A model generated the notes under the pieces. The model searched no databases and had not been told where the DNA came from. It saw only the letters and a program-made list of their open reading frames with translations. Shown here one piece after another: positions 1 through 12,716 of a stretch of DNA of 64,000 nt (the stretch's first letter is position 1; every line of letters starts with the position of its first letter). This DNA is from Octopus sinensis (Eukaryota), in the NCBI RefSeq assembly GCF_006345805.1, contig NC_043024.1, positions 8,308,001 through 8,372,000 on the forward strand, read 5' to 3'. Made by a program: the position numbers and the translations under genes.

Positions 1-180
1 GTATTTCAAGGTGCCGGCCTTGTCACTCTCTGTGTCACGCTGAATATCCCCGAGAACTACGTTAAGGGTACACTTGTCTGTGGAGTACTCAGCCACTTAC
101 ACGTTAATTTCACGAGCAGGCTGTTCCGTTGATTCGGATCAACCGAAACTCTCATCGTCATAACCAACGGAGTGCTTCCA
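1..180 (+). mobile_element. 3' part of a SINE-like interspersed repeat (family not assigned)
   Basis: Resembles a cephalopod repeat I recall (gttaagggtacac...gtggagtactcagccac); truncated by the window edge. Confidence 0.35.
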
Positions 181-385
181 TATCTCCTTTACAGCAGCAC
201 ACCTCTTTCTTGTTAACTTCTCCTCTCTCTCTAGGTAACCATGTCTCTCCTCATCAGCAGCACACCTGTTTCTGCCCTCATTCTTGTTAACCCACCCTCT
301 TTGTCTCCCTCTCTCTACCTGGGTAACCATGTACCTCCTCTGCAACACATCTGTTTCTGTCTCACTGTCTCACTCTAACCTTTCA

Positions 386-641
386 TCTCTCTATATATAA
401 ACGGCAAAATGTCTGTCTGTCTGTGTATCTCTCTCTTTCTCTCTTTACTCTTTTTACCTGTTTCAGTCATTTGACTGTGGCCATGCTGGAGCACCACCTT
501 TTAGTTGAGCAAATCGACCCCAGGACTTATTCTTTGTAAGCCTAGTACTTATTCTATCGGTCTCTTTTGCCGAACTGCTAAGTAACAGGGACATAAACAC
601 ACCAGCATCGGTTGTCAAGCGATGTTGGGGGGACAAACACA

Positions 642-709
<68 letters not shown>

Positions 710-1202
710 TACGACAGGCTTCTTTCAGTTTCCGTCTACCAAATCCACTCACAAGGCTTTGGTCGGCCCGAGGCTATAGCTGAAGACACTTGCCCAAGGT
801 GCCATGCAGTGGGACTGAACCCGGAACCATGTGGTTGGTAAACAAGCTACTTACCACACAGCCACTCCTACGCTTATCCTTTATACAAATCCGCAATTTT
901 TCAGTTAGAGGGATCACACTTTCTATGGTCATTCAAAACCGTCCAAGGGTGGTCGTGCACATCTTTACATTTCCCCAGTCACCTCGCAAAGCCATTAAAA
1001 AATCAATAGAAGTGACTTTTTTGTGAATTTTCTATCCAAAATCCAATCAAAATGCCCGAAACTTGATACGCCAATTGAATGCCAGCTAGCTGTATGTGAT
1101 TGGTCGGAGATTTGGACAGTACTCGCGTGTATGTGTGCACACACGCAGCTGTATATGCATGCACTAGCACTATGACCCACTGTTGCCAGGTCATAGTGCT
1201 AG
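386..1202 (+). mobile_element. Non-autonomous Helitron-like element with nested SINE
   Basis: A|TCTCTCTATATATAAA 5' end, terminal hairpin CTAGCACTATGACCC...GGTCATAGTGCTAG and CTAG|T end. Second copy at 26193-26551. Confidence 0.75.
438..873 (-). mobile_element. tRNA-derived CORE-type SINE (family 1, OR1/OR2-like)
   Basis: Head GGAGTGGCTGTGTGGTAAGTAGC...GGGTTCAGTCCC, CORE-like CCTTGGGCAAGT, central (TA)/(TG) tract, AAGAGTA tail; more than 20 copies in the window. Confidence 0.8.
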
Positions 1203-1251
1203 TATATATATATATATACTTTATTTCAAAGCAGCAGAAATTCAACAAAAC

Positions 1252-1289
1252 CTGTTACTCTGAGTTTCATGTTCCCGTTTGTCGGACAG
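1252..1289 (-). ncRNA. Degenerate family A hammerhead motif
   Basis: CTGT-CCGACAA-ACG-GGAA-CAT-GAAA-CTC-A-GAG-T-A-ACAG; same scaffold and flanks as 13805-13842 but core altered at positions 4 and 8. Confidence 0.6.
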
Positions 1290-1546
1290 TTTTTTTAACT
1301 GCTTTGAAATAAAGCATATTACCCTGCAAAGCCATTAAAAAATCAATACAAGTGACTTTTTGTGAATTTTGTGATTTGGACAGTATTCGCGTGTATGTGC
1401 GCATGCATGCAACTGTATATGCATGCACTAGTTTGTAAGCAAGCTACTTACCACACAACCACATTTAAGAACTTGTTTAAGAACTCTGATGTAATGATTT
1501 TCTTTTGCTTTTTCTGACAAATTGATTTTTCCTCATCATATAAGTC

Positions 1547-1861
1547 TTATATGATGCCTTCGTTGACAACATTTCTGACTGTTCCTTCTGACAGATGGAG
1601 ATCTTCTGCAATTGACCTCATGGACTTTCTGGGATTGTAATGAATGGTCTGTTGAACTTGCTGGATAAATTCAGATGTTCTGATGATTTCAGAGCATTTA
1701 GAATGCTTTTTATGCTTCGATACTGGTGATACATTTCCATTTTCAGTCTCTCGCTTCTTACAAAATTTGTAGATGAAAGATGTGGCAACTTTTAAAAATC
1801 GAGATATTTTTAAATCGCTATGCTCAGCCTTTATAACCATGGTGGAATATGAACTCAGCAC
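1547..1861 (-). pseudogene. Tc1/mariner-superfamily transposase N-terminal (HTH) fragment
   Basis: ORF ...RTSEFIQQVQQTIHYNPRKSMRSIAEDLHLSEGTVRNVV; no DDE part follows. Confidence 0.7.
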
Positions 1862-1928
1862 ATAACAGCAGACAAAATACCCCTAAGCATTTTGCCTAGT
1901 GTGCTAATGATTCTGCTCACTGCCCTTT

Positions 1929-1977
<49 letters not shown>

Positions 1978-2267
1978 CAAATACATATATATATACATAT
2001 ATACATATACATATATATATACATATATATATACATATATACACATATACACATATACATATATATATATATACACATATATACACATATACATATATAC
2101 ACATATACATATATATACATATACACATATACATATATATACATATATACACATATATACATATATACACATATACATATATATATACATATATATACAT
2201 ACATACATATATACATACATATATACATATACATGCATACATATACATACGTACATATACATACATC

Positions 2268-2299
<32 letters not shown>

Positions 2300-2594
2300 G
2301 CCACAGACATGGCTGTGTAGTAAGAAGCTTGCTTCCCATCCACATGGTTCCAGGTTCAATCCCACTGCATGGCATCTTGGGCAAGTGTTTTCTGCTATAG
2401 CCTTGGGCCAACCAAAGCCTTGTGAGTGGATTTAGTAGATGTCCCAAGTTTTTCTAAATAAAATGTATGTGCTTGATTGAAGTTTCATTTAGTTTCTGTC
2501 TACCCCATCCATTCACAAGGCCTTGGTGGAGCCAGGGCTACTGTAGAAGACACTTGCCAAAGTGCACTGCTGTGGGACTGAACTCACAGCAGCC

Positions 2595-3435
2595 ATATTC
2601 CTACCGCTCTATGTCACGCTGGTGAGACCCATATTGGAGTACGGGATTCAAGCCTCTTCTTCTTATCTCCTCAAAGACATACAGCATCTCAAAAGAGTCC
2701 AGAAGCTGGCTACCCGCATGGTTCTTGGTCTCAAGCATTTGTCTCATGAAGAAAGGCTGAAGACGCTCGACCTTTATTCTCTAGAAAAACGACGACGCCA
2801 TGGTGATCTCATTCTTGCTCACAACATCATAAGCGGAAAGTCTAACCTCTCAAAAGAGCTGTTCTTCACTCCTGCTTCAGAGCGTCGGCTGCAGGGTCAC
2901 TCCGAAAAGCTCTATCTGCGAAGATTTCATCTCAATCGAAGGAGAGGGGCTTTCTCTGCCCGGGTTGCGGATCCGTGGAATAAGCTGCCGGATGAGATAG
3001 TGAAGATGCCAACGACTGCTCGGTTCAAAGTCTCTCTTGACCAGAAATGGCCTGAACTCTTTGCATGAACACCCTCCCTGTACATAACTCCATGTCCCCC
3101 TACATGGCCTCACAACATCATAAGCGGAAAGTGTAACCTCTCAAAAGAGCTGTTCTTCACTCCTGCTCCAGAGCGTCGGCTGCGGGGTCACTCCGAAAAG
3201 CTCTATCTGCGACGATTTCATCTCAATCGAAGGAGAAGGGCTTTCTCCGTCCGGGTTGTGGATCCATGGAATAAGCTGCCGGACGAGATAGTGAAGATGC
3301 CGACGACCGCTCGGTTCAAAGTCTCTCTTGACCAGAAATGGCCTGAACTCTTTGCATGAACACCCTCCCTGTACATAACTCCATGTCCCCCTACATGGCT
3401 TTGCTTTGTGCTCTTTGAGCCAAAAAATTAACTAA
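2595..3435 (+). mobile_element. CR1/L2-clade LINE 3' fragment with tandemly duplicated 3' end
   Basis: ORF LYVTLVRPILEYG...RVQKLATRM...EKRRRHGDLI...RVADPWNKLP; 2820-3110 repeated at 3111-3401 (291-bp period). Confidence 0.88.
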
Positions 3436-4253
3436 CTTAACAAACCCACTAGGTTATAAATCAAACTTTTTAATCATTCAGCAATGCCTCTATTTCTAAA
3501 AACAAGGTGGGTGGGGAGAGTCACAATTGGAAAGCCTTTGATCGGAGAGCTTATCTGATGCTATGCAATAACAAGAACAACAACAACAACCAATGTATTT
3601 AACATAACATTTTATATGAACAATATGGAACAATATGTTGACATGAAGCAATGGTTAGAGAGCGAGATTAATTAATTTCATTTAACAAAATCCATGATTA
3701 GTTTCTGGTTGAGTATTTCTTGTTTTCCCAAATTTTCAAATTTATAAAAATATATAAATAAATGAAAATAAAAATATAAAGGAAATGAATTTGAATCAGG
3801 GGAGCAAAAAAAAAAAAAAAAAAAAAATTTTGAGAATCACTGAATGATTTTTTTTTTTTTATTGAAATCTGAAAAGGAATTTCACAGAAATTAAATTTGG
3901 AGAACAAGAAAGAAATAAGAAAAATAAAAAAATTAAAATAAGATAAAATATATATTAAGACATATTCTGTTGTGTCTGGGGAGAGACATTTTCTTTTTGT
4001 GCCTTATAATGTAACACACTCACCGGTAAAATTTCCATGAAAATTTTAGGAAAATAATAAGAAATAAGTGGAAAATTTACCAGTGTGTGTGTGTTACATT
4101 ATAAGGCACAAAAAGAAAATGACCCTCCCGACACAACAGAATATGCACTCATATAAAGAATCTTGCAAACCAAATCCAAAAATGAAATATATTAAGACAT
4201 TTAACCCTTTTGTTATCAACCCGGCTCTGGCTCTGTAGTATAAATGTCTTTTT

Positions 4254-4785
4254 TCATAAGTTTTCAAACACCAGCTTAATAATGGACTTGTACAAAGTTT
4301 GAATTGTTTCCAAAGGAATTTTTGTCCATTCTTCAGCTAAAACAGTCTCCAGTTCTTGTAGTGATGATGGTGGAGGATATCGACTCCTTACTTGCTTTTC
4401 TAAAATGCACCATAAATGTTCAATAATATTGAGATCTGGGGACTGTGATGGCCAGATAAGATGTTCGACTTCACTAGAATGTTCCTCGTGCCATTCAGGA
4501 ACAACTTTAGCTGTGTGAATTGGTGCATTATTATCCTGAAAGATTGTTTCCCTCCGGAAACAGTTCTGCAACCATAGGATGAATTTGATCAGATAAAATG
4601 CTTAAATAGCCTTGACTATTAATTCTGCCATGAAGGGAGACCATTGAGCTGGTGGATTTCCAAGATATAGACCCCCACCCCAGATCATTACAGATCCTCC
4701 TCCATGTTTAACAGTAAGAAGAAGGCAGTCTGAGACAAATGCTTCTTTTGGCTCCAGAAACAGTTCTGCAAACATAGGATGAATC
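4254..4785 (-). pseudogene. Tc1-like transposase C-terminal fragment (same family as 35034-36520)
   Basis: FQDNNAPIHTAK...WPSQSPDLNIIEHLW motif. Confidence 0.88.
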
Positions 4786-4894
4786 TGTAAAAGTTATTTT
4801 ACTAAATTCTTTATTGTTTTCAAAATGAATTTAAAGAACGGTAGAGTATTTCAACAGCTTTCCAATAACAATCTTGGGTATCTTTTTGAATTCC

Positions 4895-5040
4895 AAATAT
4901 CAAACACCTACACACATGCAAAATCACAAAACAACACAGTATCCACGACTTTCAGAAACATTTTTTTTGCCACATTCAGAATTGCTGAAGCATGGAATAA
5001 ACTACCCTGATGGCCTTTGGGACACTACATCCTTCAAAAC
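4895..5040 (+). mobile_element. L2/CR1 3' fragment
   Basis: ...FRNIFFATFRIAEAWNKLP, similar to the minus-strand copy at 6716-7050. Confidence 0.65.
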
Positions 5041-5469
5041 TTCCTGAAACTCGTAAACAGTACATCTAATTCCCCATACCCATGTTATTTTTTGCAAAAA
5101 AAAACAAACAACTTTTTAACTGTTTATGTCCTGTGCATATTCTATGTACCCATCATGAAATTTTGGTTACTTTTTCTGATGAGTTTTAGAGCACCTGAGT
5201 TTGTATACAGTAAGTTCATTATTATTAGTATCATTTTATAACGAGTAAGTTATATTACTAAATTCTTCATTCTCAAAATTAACTGAAGCAGTGTATTAAA
5301 CCAGAAATACTGTAGCCTATCTACTACCAACACCTTAGTCATTCAACTAAATTTTTCCCCATTTCATTAATTCTTTTTCCAAAATTAATTTTAACACATG
5401 GACATCGGTTTCCGAACACATAATCACAAATTTGTTGACTCAAGACACAGGGTGTGACTTAAAAAGTAT

Positions 5470-5585
5470 TTAGTCATCGTAATAGTCTATATGGTCTCCG
5501 CTGGTGTATGTATCCTTCTCTAGAAGGTCTATCAACTTCTCAACACTCTCTTCACAGGTGACCAGTTTTGATGAATTGAACAGTT
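5470..5585 (-). CDS. SPR: Sepiapterin reductase, coding exon 3 (terminal)
   Basis: (E)LFNSSKLVTCEESVEKLIDLLEKDTYTSGDHIDYYDD* matches the SPR C-terminus (human ...SGAHVDFYD). Acceptor TTTTCAG, 116 nt. Spliced CDS 810 nt = 269 aa. Confidence 0.95.
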
Positions 5586-6177
5586 CTGAAAATAATAAAT
5601 GGAACATGTTAGAAGAATTCAAGAAACTCTTTGACAGAAATCATCAACATCATTATTTAATGTCAACTTTTTCATGTTTGTAGTTTTTTCTGAACACATG
5701 GAGGACATAAAGACAGGGCACACATTTGAATAAATAAACTGAAAACCTGGCAAGACATTATTTGAGATTTTAACCATTCAACCACCCTCGCCTTCTCTGG
5801 AGCAATAATTATTTCTAGGCGGCGAGCTGGCAGAAATGTCTTGTAGCTTCGAGATTTCAACCCCTAGTGGTCCACATAAGAGGGCACATAAAAGGGCACC
5901 ATTCGAGTGTATTGATTGGCTGATATTTTCAGATGACATGGTGCTACTTGGCTTGTCAGATGGTGATCCCCAGCAGAAAGGGTTTTCTGCTAAAGTGCTA
6001 CAAAGCATGCATGGGAATTAGAGTTGCAAAGACCAAGACATTCCCAGTACATTCTGCATGTTAGTGGAACATCTCTCGGGAAAGTGGAAAAGTTTAAGGA
6101 TCTCAGGGGCTGCATTTACGAGGCTTGGGAAGCAGGAAGCTGAATTGTATAAACGTCACCTTTATAAATCTCACCTA

Positions 6178-6390
<213 letters not shown>

Positions 6391-6715
6391 TTATTGTATA
6401 CAGTGCTCAGGTGCACCACAACTTGTCAGAAAGTGTGTATAAAGTATATGCAGTAATGTATAAATGTCTGGAAAGTGAACAGTGTATGAGTCAGATACAT
6501 GCTTGCGTGTGTATGGAGGAGAGAAAATCCTGGTGTAGTGTGGCCGATACATGCGCGCACACAGTCACACATGGAAGAACCTTTCACCATCCTCTCGTAT
6601 ATATACGAACATGCAGCCATGCTGGAGCACACGCACAGACAAACTTATATACACACACAATTTCCCGCGCGCTTATATATTTTCTGCACAGTGATCTCCC
6701 TTGTCATACAAACGT

Positions 6716-7050
6716 CAGGAAGCATGGAAGTTTTGAAGGATGCAGTGCTCCGACAACTAACAACAGATGCCGGCAGTTTGTTCCATGCTTCAGCAACTCT
6801 CAGCATGAAAAAATGTTTCCTGAAGTCATGGGAGCTGTGCTGTTTTCTGACTTTGTAAACATACCCATGGGTGTTAGACGGGTGGAGTTTGAAAAGGTGC
6901 TCAGAGTTATTGTTTGTAAGATGGTTAATAATTTTATGGGTGTCTGCCAAGTCAGCTGCCAGACGTCGGAGTTTCAATGTGTCTATGCCCAGGGAAGTAA
7001 GGCATTCAGAATATGGCAAATGGATGAAATGGATTTGGGAGATTTGGAAA
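6716..7050 (-). mobile_element. L2/CR1 LINE 3' fragment in SPR intron 1
   Basis: ORF LKLRRLAADLADTHKII...HDFRKHFFMLRVAEAWNKLPASVV. Confidence 0.82.
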
Positions 7051-7086
7051 TGGACAAGTGGAAAATTTAATGTGAATGTGTGTGTA

Positions 7087-7135
<49 letters not shown>

Positions 7136-7199
7136 CTAATGATAGGAATGGTAAGACAACAAAAGAATGAAAGAGACCTCAATATTATATAAATAGAGG

Positions 7200-7680
7200 A
7201 ATTCATCTGTAAATATAATATGTGACAATTAATTGAGAATAACTCACATTGCACAACCCGAGAATTGGCAGAAAGCCTCAACCTATCAAAATCCATCGTT
7301 CATGAGCACCTGGTAAAGCTTGGGTACACAAATCGCTATGATGTTTGGGTACCACATGAGTTGAGTGAGAAGAACCTTTTGGATCGCATTTCCATCTGTG
7401 ATTCGCTTTATAAACAGAATGAAAACACACCTTTTTTAAAGAAAAATGGTGACAGGTGATGAGAAATGGATTATCTACTGAAATGTTCAGAGAAAGCGAT
7501 CCTGGAGTAAGCGACATGAGCCACCCTTAGCCACCCCAAAAGCGGGTCTTCACTCTAAAAAAGTCTTGCTTTGTGTCTGGTGGGATTGGAAAGGAATTCT
7601 GTACTATGAGCTTCTCCCAAATAACCAGTCAATTAATTCTGAGAAATACTGCACACAACTGGATGAGTTAAAAGCTGCAT
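7200..7680 (+). pseudogene. mariner transposase fragment (frameshifted)
   Basis: WVPHELSEKN, frameshift, VTGDEKW, then KKVLLCVWWDWKGILYYELL...KYCTQLDEL. Confidence 0.88.
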
Positions 7681-8319
7681 GGGTGACTGCTGGTCTTCCA
7701 TAAACAACCTTGCCCAGACATGTGCCTCGGAGGGTAACTTTCTAGGTGCAATCCCATGGCCTGTGTCAAGACCGAAGGGGGTCACAACAATATTATCATA
7801 TATGGATAACATTGTCTTTGGAATGCAGATTTCGAAAATCAAATTCATTTTTCTCGAAGATGCACCGTTTCCGAGCTTTGGGGCTAAGCCCACATATATT
7901 TGCATTTATAAAGGAGATACGCTTCATTATGCACGTGAGACCCACGTTTGTGGAGCAAAAAATTTTGGGGACCGCTGCTATAAATCATTCTAGTTTTGAA
8001 AAAAAATTTCCGTAACGCTTTTTCTTCTTGACTTAGAAATATTTTAGTCAAACTGAGCCAAGAAGAGTTATCTCCCTTCTACCACAGTAGCGCTGATACC
8101 CAGAATTTTATACAAACATTTTTCGACCAACAGCTGACTCTCACACACACAAAAATAGCTTTGAATAGGAAAACTAATGGTATTTTAAAATTGCCTCAGA
8201 TATAGCAGAAGACAATTGCCAAGGTGCCACGCAGTGGGACTGAATCCGGAACCATGTGGTTGGTAAACAAGCTACTTACCACACAGCCACTCCTGCGCCT
8301 ATATATATATTTCTTTAAA

Positions 8320-8477
8320 GGGGACAAACAAGGACAGACAAACGGATTAAGTCGTTTTACATCAATCCCAGTGCGTAACTTGTACTTTATTTATCGACCT
8401 CGGCGGAATTTGAACTCAGAACGTAACGGCAGACGAAATACGGCTACGCATTTCGCCCGGCGTGCTAACGATTCTGA
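8320..8477 (-). mobile_element. Meta-domain-like SINE (family 2), partial
   Basis: Reverse complement of GTTAGCACGCCGGGCGAAATGCG...GAGTTCAAATTCCGCCGAGGTCGA. Confidence 0.7.
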
Positions 8478-8479
8478 GT

Positions 8480-8660
8480 AAACACATAAATGTGAAACAA
8501 GGTGGAAAAAAAGAGTACTCAAATACCAGTGGTAGAGTAATATACTTTATTTAAAGCAGCAGAAAATTCAACAAAATCTGTTACTCTGAGTTTCCCGTTG
8601 CCGGGAACGTGAAACTCAGAGTAACAGGTTTTGTTGAATTTTCTGCTGCCTTTAAATAAA

Positions 8661-8665
<5 letters not shown>
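8480..8665. repeat. Fold-back of the family A hammerhead-bearing repeat
   Basis: Arms 8541-8594 and 8611-8665 are near-perfect reverse complements; 16-nt spacer. Confidence 0.85.
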
Positions 8666-8720
<55 letters not shown>

Positions 8721-8783
8721 ATATATATATATAAAGTATATATAATATATATAAATAAAGTATATATAATATATATAAATAAA

Positions 8784-8820
<37 letters not shown>

Positions 8821-8863
8821 CATACACACACACACAGTAATCCATCTCGAAGAAGAAACAGTA

Positions 8864-9226
8864 CTCTTTTACTGCAGTCATTTGACTGTGGCCATGCTGG
8901 AGTGCCGCCTTTAGTCGAGCAAATCGACCCCAGGACTTATTCTTTGGAAGCCTACTACATATTCTATTGGTCTCTTTTTTGCTGAACCGCTAAGTTACGG
9001 AGACGTAAACACACCAGCATCGGTTGTCAAGCAATGCTAGGGGGACAAACATAGACAACAAACATACACGCACACACATATATATATACATATATACGAC
9101 GGGCTTCTTTCAGTTTCCGTCTACCAAATCCACTCACAAGTCTTTGGTCAGCCCAAAGCTATAGTAGAAAACACTTGGCCAAGGTGCCACGCAGTGGGAC
9201 TGAACCCGGAACCATGTGGTTGGTAA
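8864..9226 (-). mobile_element. SINE family 1 copy
   Basis: High similarity to 438-873; head truncated. Confidence 0.8.
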
Positions 9227-9500
9227 GCTTATTATTTTTATAATTTGTATATATGGGAAAACAATACCACGGAGAAATCAACGTAAGCTTAAATAATAAA
9301 CAGCGATATGGCGAGGAATTACTGTATATACACACACACGCACATACAGACACAAAATCTATATGCACGTATGCGTAGATACATGCGCACACACATACAT
9401 ATACACACACGTAATCGCGCGCGCGCACATATTTCCTACACAGTGATCTCCCTTGTAATACAAACGTTTATAAGCGCCAAAAAGTGCTTCTTTTAAACAA

Positions 9501-9884
9501 CCAGCGGTGTAGCCCGGCGTTGCTCGGGTTTGTTTGAACCCTTTAGAATTGGAATTTTTGAAAAGTAAAAATTTTGCATTATGTAGCTTGTTATTCTATT
9601 AAAGTGAACATTTTTCTGGTTGAAATACACCGAAAAATGGCGACACAGCAGTAAAAATTAGGGATTTTCATAGAAAAAAAGCACCTTTTTCATGTAAATA
9701 ATTTTTGGTCTTAACATGGTCCTATTTGAATTTTTTCTTGTACGGAATGAAGAGCAAGCTTTCTTCTATCATACTCTCAATTTTGGTCAACTGCACTGCA
9801 GGGTCTCAGAGGAGATAGTGTTAGTTGAATGCTACCAAACCTGCCACACACATACACAGACAACTTCCGCTTTATATGTATAGA
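9501..9884 (-). mobile_element. Non-autonomous Helitron/Helentron-like element
   Basis: Minus strand starts TCTATACATATAAAGCGG; ends with hairpin ACCCGAGCAACGCCGGG and CTGG|T. Confidence 0.65.
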
Positions 9885-9892
9885 CACACACA

Positions 9893-10900
9893 CACGAAGT
9901 CTGATTAATAAGTATCCGGACTGTTGATATAGCAACGAGGTTTAAAGCACGTAGAGTGAAACTGCTGGGCAAAGATTGACGTTGGACTCTGCTGTGCATG
10001 GGCACTAAGTTTTAATGTTCTATCTCACTTCTGCTGTTTACAGCAGTGCTTGGAAGGAAGGTGTGTAGCGTGTGATCGTCGCATTGACCATGACAGAGAA
10101 AGTTGTCGTGGCGATACCTGCTCAGAGGTTTACTCAAAATAGCAGAAAATGTATGGGGAGGAGTGTATGAGCCATACACAAGTGTACAAGTAGTTCAAAC
10201 GTTTCCAAGATAGCCCAAAAAATGTCGATATTAACGGACGTTCTGGTGGACCTACAACTAGCAGAACTGAGAAGAACATCGGAGATTTGCCTGCAGTTTT
10301 GAGGGGAAATTGTCAAATCACCATCCGTGAGTTATCAGAGGACGTGCAGATTAGTTACGGTTCAGTTCAGTCCATTATCACTTAAGATTTGGATAGGAGA
10401 CCCGTGTCTACCAAGTTTGTGCTAAAACTAAAAAGGCGGCGAGCTGGCAGAAGCGTTAGCACACCGGGCGAAATGCATAGCCGTATTTCGTCTGCCGTTA
10501 CGTTCTGAGTTCAAATTCCGCCGAGGTCTACTTTGCCTTTCACCCTTCGGGGTCGATAAATTAAGTACCAGTTACGCACTGGGGTCGATGTAATCGACTT
10601 AATCCGTTTGTCTGTCCTTTTTTGTCCTCTCTGTGTTTAGCCCCTTGTGGGTAGTAAAGAAATAAGTTTGTGCTAAAACTGCTTTCAGTTGACTAAATAG
10701 TCACTCGGGTTTCAGTTTCACAAGACCGCAACTGTGTCGAGAACGTCGAAAAACTTAGTGAAAACCTTGCATAGGCGCCTGAGCAGGTATCGCCAAGCTT
10801 TCAGTAATATTTGATGCAGATTCTCTGCTCAACTTACTCTGTTACGGTCAATGCGACGATCACAGGCTACACATGTTCCAAACAACCATAATGGTAACAC
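9893..10900 (+). mobile_element. Decayed mariner-like element interrupted by a SINE
   Basis: Remnant RSGGPTTSRTE...QITIRELSEDVQISYGSVQSIIT...STKFV; right boundary approximate. Confidence 0.6.
10435..10663 (+). mobile_element. Meta-domain-like SINE monomer with 17-bp TSD
   Basis: A/B boxes TGGCAGAAGCG and GAGTTCAAATTCC, GCCTTTCA.CCTTCGGGGTCGATAAATTAAGTACCAG core. Direct repeat AAGTTTGTGCTAAAACT at 10413-10429 and 10664-10680. Confidence 0.85.
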
Positions 10901-10965
10901 GCACACAGGAACTAAAATATAAACTTGTGTTTATCTTCTTTTCTCCTATATTTGTATAATATTTT

Positions 10966-11360
10966 TACTCTCTTTTACTTGTTTCAGTCATTTGACTGCG
11001 GCCATGCTGGAGCACCGCCTTTAGTCGAGCAACTCGACCCCGGGACTTATTCTTTTTGTAAGCCCAGTACTTATTCTATCGGTCTCTTTTTGCCGAACCG
11101 CTAAGTGACGGGGACGTAAACACACCAGCATCGGTTGTCAAGCAATGTTAGGGGGACACACACAAACACACACACATACATATATATCATATATACGACG
11201 GGCTTCTTTCAGTTTCCGTCTACCAAATCCACTCACAAGGCATTGGTCGGCCCGGGGCTATAGCAGAAGACACTTGCCCAAGATGCCACGCAGTGGGACT
11301 GAACCCGGAACCATGTGGTTGGTTAGCAAGCTACTTACCACACAGCCACTCCTGCGCCTA
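10966..11360 (-). mobile_element. SINE family 1 full-length copy
   Basis: Head to tail present. Confidence 0.82.
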
Positions 11361-11972
11361 TAATTTATGTATAAGTACTTCGTAACAAATCTGTTTTACT
11401 TTTGTATGTGAGTCTCTCTCTCTCTCTCTCTTTCTGTCTGTCTGTAAGTAAAACAGGCCTTAAAAGTCAACAAAGCCACACACACACAGGAAAGTTGTTA
11501 ATAATGTACAGAGTGTTCAAAAAGTCTCTCCGTGGTGAATTTTCTGACTCTCCAATATGTATTTGAAAACATGTGTTGAAGAGTCAACTTATGTATTGAT
11601 GGACCGTGAAGTCTGGCGTAGCATGGTAAATTTCATTGTCTCGACCACGGTCGAACAATGATGATGATGTATTGAAAATGAAAGACGACACTTTCAACAC
11701 CTCTTATAAAGTTCTTTTAAAGTCTTGTGAAGTTTAATATATTCTTTTGTAGTCTTATACCATCTCATAAATATCTATTTTGCAGTAAAACATTTACTGC
11801 GGAGGGACATTTTGAACACAACCTGTATTATACGGCATTTCTACTTGCAAGAAATGTGCAAAAGAATGCGACTCGGTAGGCGGGCTGAAATAACATATGA
11901 AGGTTCACAAAAGACAATATCGTAACACATACTGCACGGGGCGCTCATCGGGGCCAGATCTGTACAAAAGTT

Positions 11973-12716
11973 GGATCTTTTTCGGTTTGAACGGCAGTTT
12001 TTAACATAATTTCTTGGTAACTAAAAAATTTTAAACTTCGTATACTGGTAGAATGTGTTTATAAAACATCTTTTTCTCTTGGCTTTATTGAGAAAATTCT
12101 AGGGTTTGTAAGATATTTGTTGGGTTTTTTTTCTTCAATTTCTGCAATTTCAACCAATCAGTGACGTCTATTGAGGTGTTTTAAACTTCGTATACTGGTA
12201 GAATGTGTTTATAAAACATCTTTTTCTCTTGGCTTTATTGAGAAAATTCTAGTTTGTAAGATATTTGTTGTTTTTTTTCCTTCAATTTCTGCAATTTCAA
12301 CCAATCAGTGACGTCTATTGAGGTAAAAAACATTCTGTGCCATATGAATATGTCCCTCGTTTAAGAAACAGATTGGGTTTATTTACATTTGTGAAGAAAG
12401 AAAGAAACCCTTCCCCCCACCCCTAAAACAGATTGAAATGCAATAGATCGATACTAGGGTCATAATTATGGGTGACAATTTCATATGACACCGCTAGAAA
12501 AAACTGCCGTTCAAACCGAAAAGATCTGTTATCTGGGTTTCACGTTTAAGAAACAGATTGGGTTTATTTACATTTGTGAAGAAAAAAAGATACCCTTCCC
12601 CCACCCTAACCCTAAAACAGATTGAAATGCAATAAATCGATACTAGGGTCATAATTATGGGTGACAATTTCATATGACATCGCTAGAAAAAATTGCCGTT
12701 CAAACCGAAAAGATCC
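11973..12716. mobile_element. MITE with ~28-bp TIRs and internal tandem duplications
   Basis: GGATCTTTTTCGGTTTGAACGGCAGTTT ... AAATTGCCGTTCAAACCGAAAAGATCC; flanks CAAAAGTT / AAAAAGTT; partial end copy at 20330-20402. Confidence 0.82.

Noticed and set aside
1855-2447. YI/YM/CV-rich ORFs here and at 8.5k, 41.4-42.7k, 49.9-51.7k
   Set aside because: (TA)/(TACA)/(TG) microsatellites lack stops in several frames.
7633-7993. Overlapping 90-104-aa ORFs as SPR exon 2 or a novel gene
   Set aside because: The true exon 2 is at 6201-6353; this region is a mariner remnant joined to another repeat.
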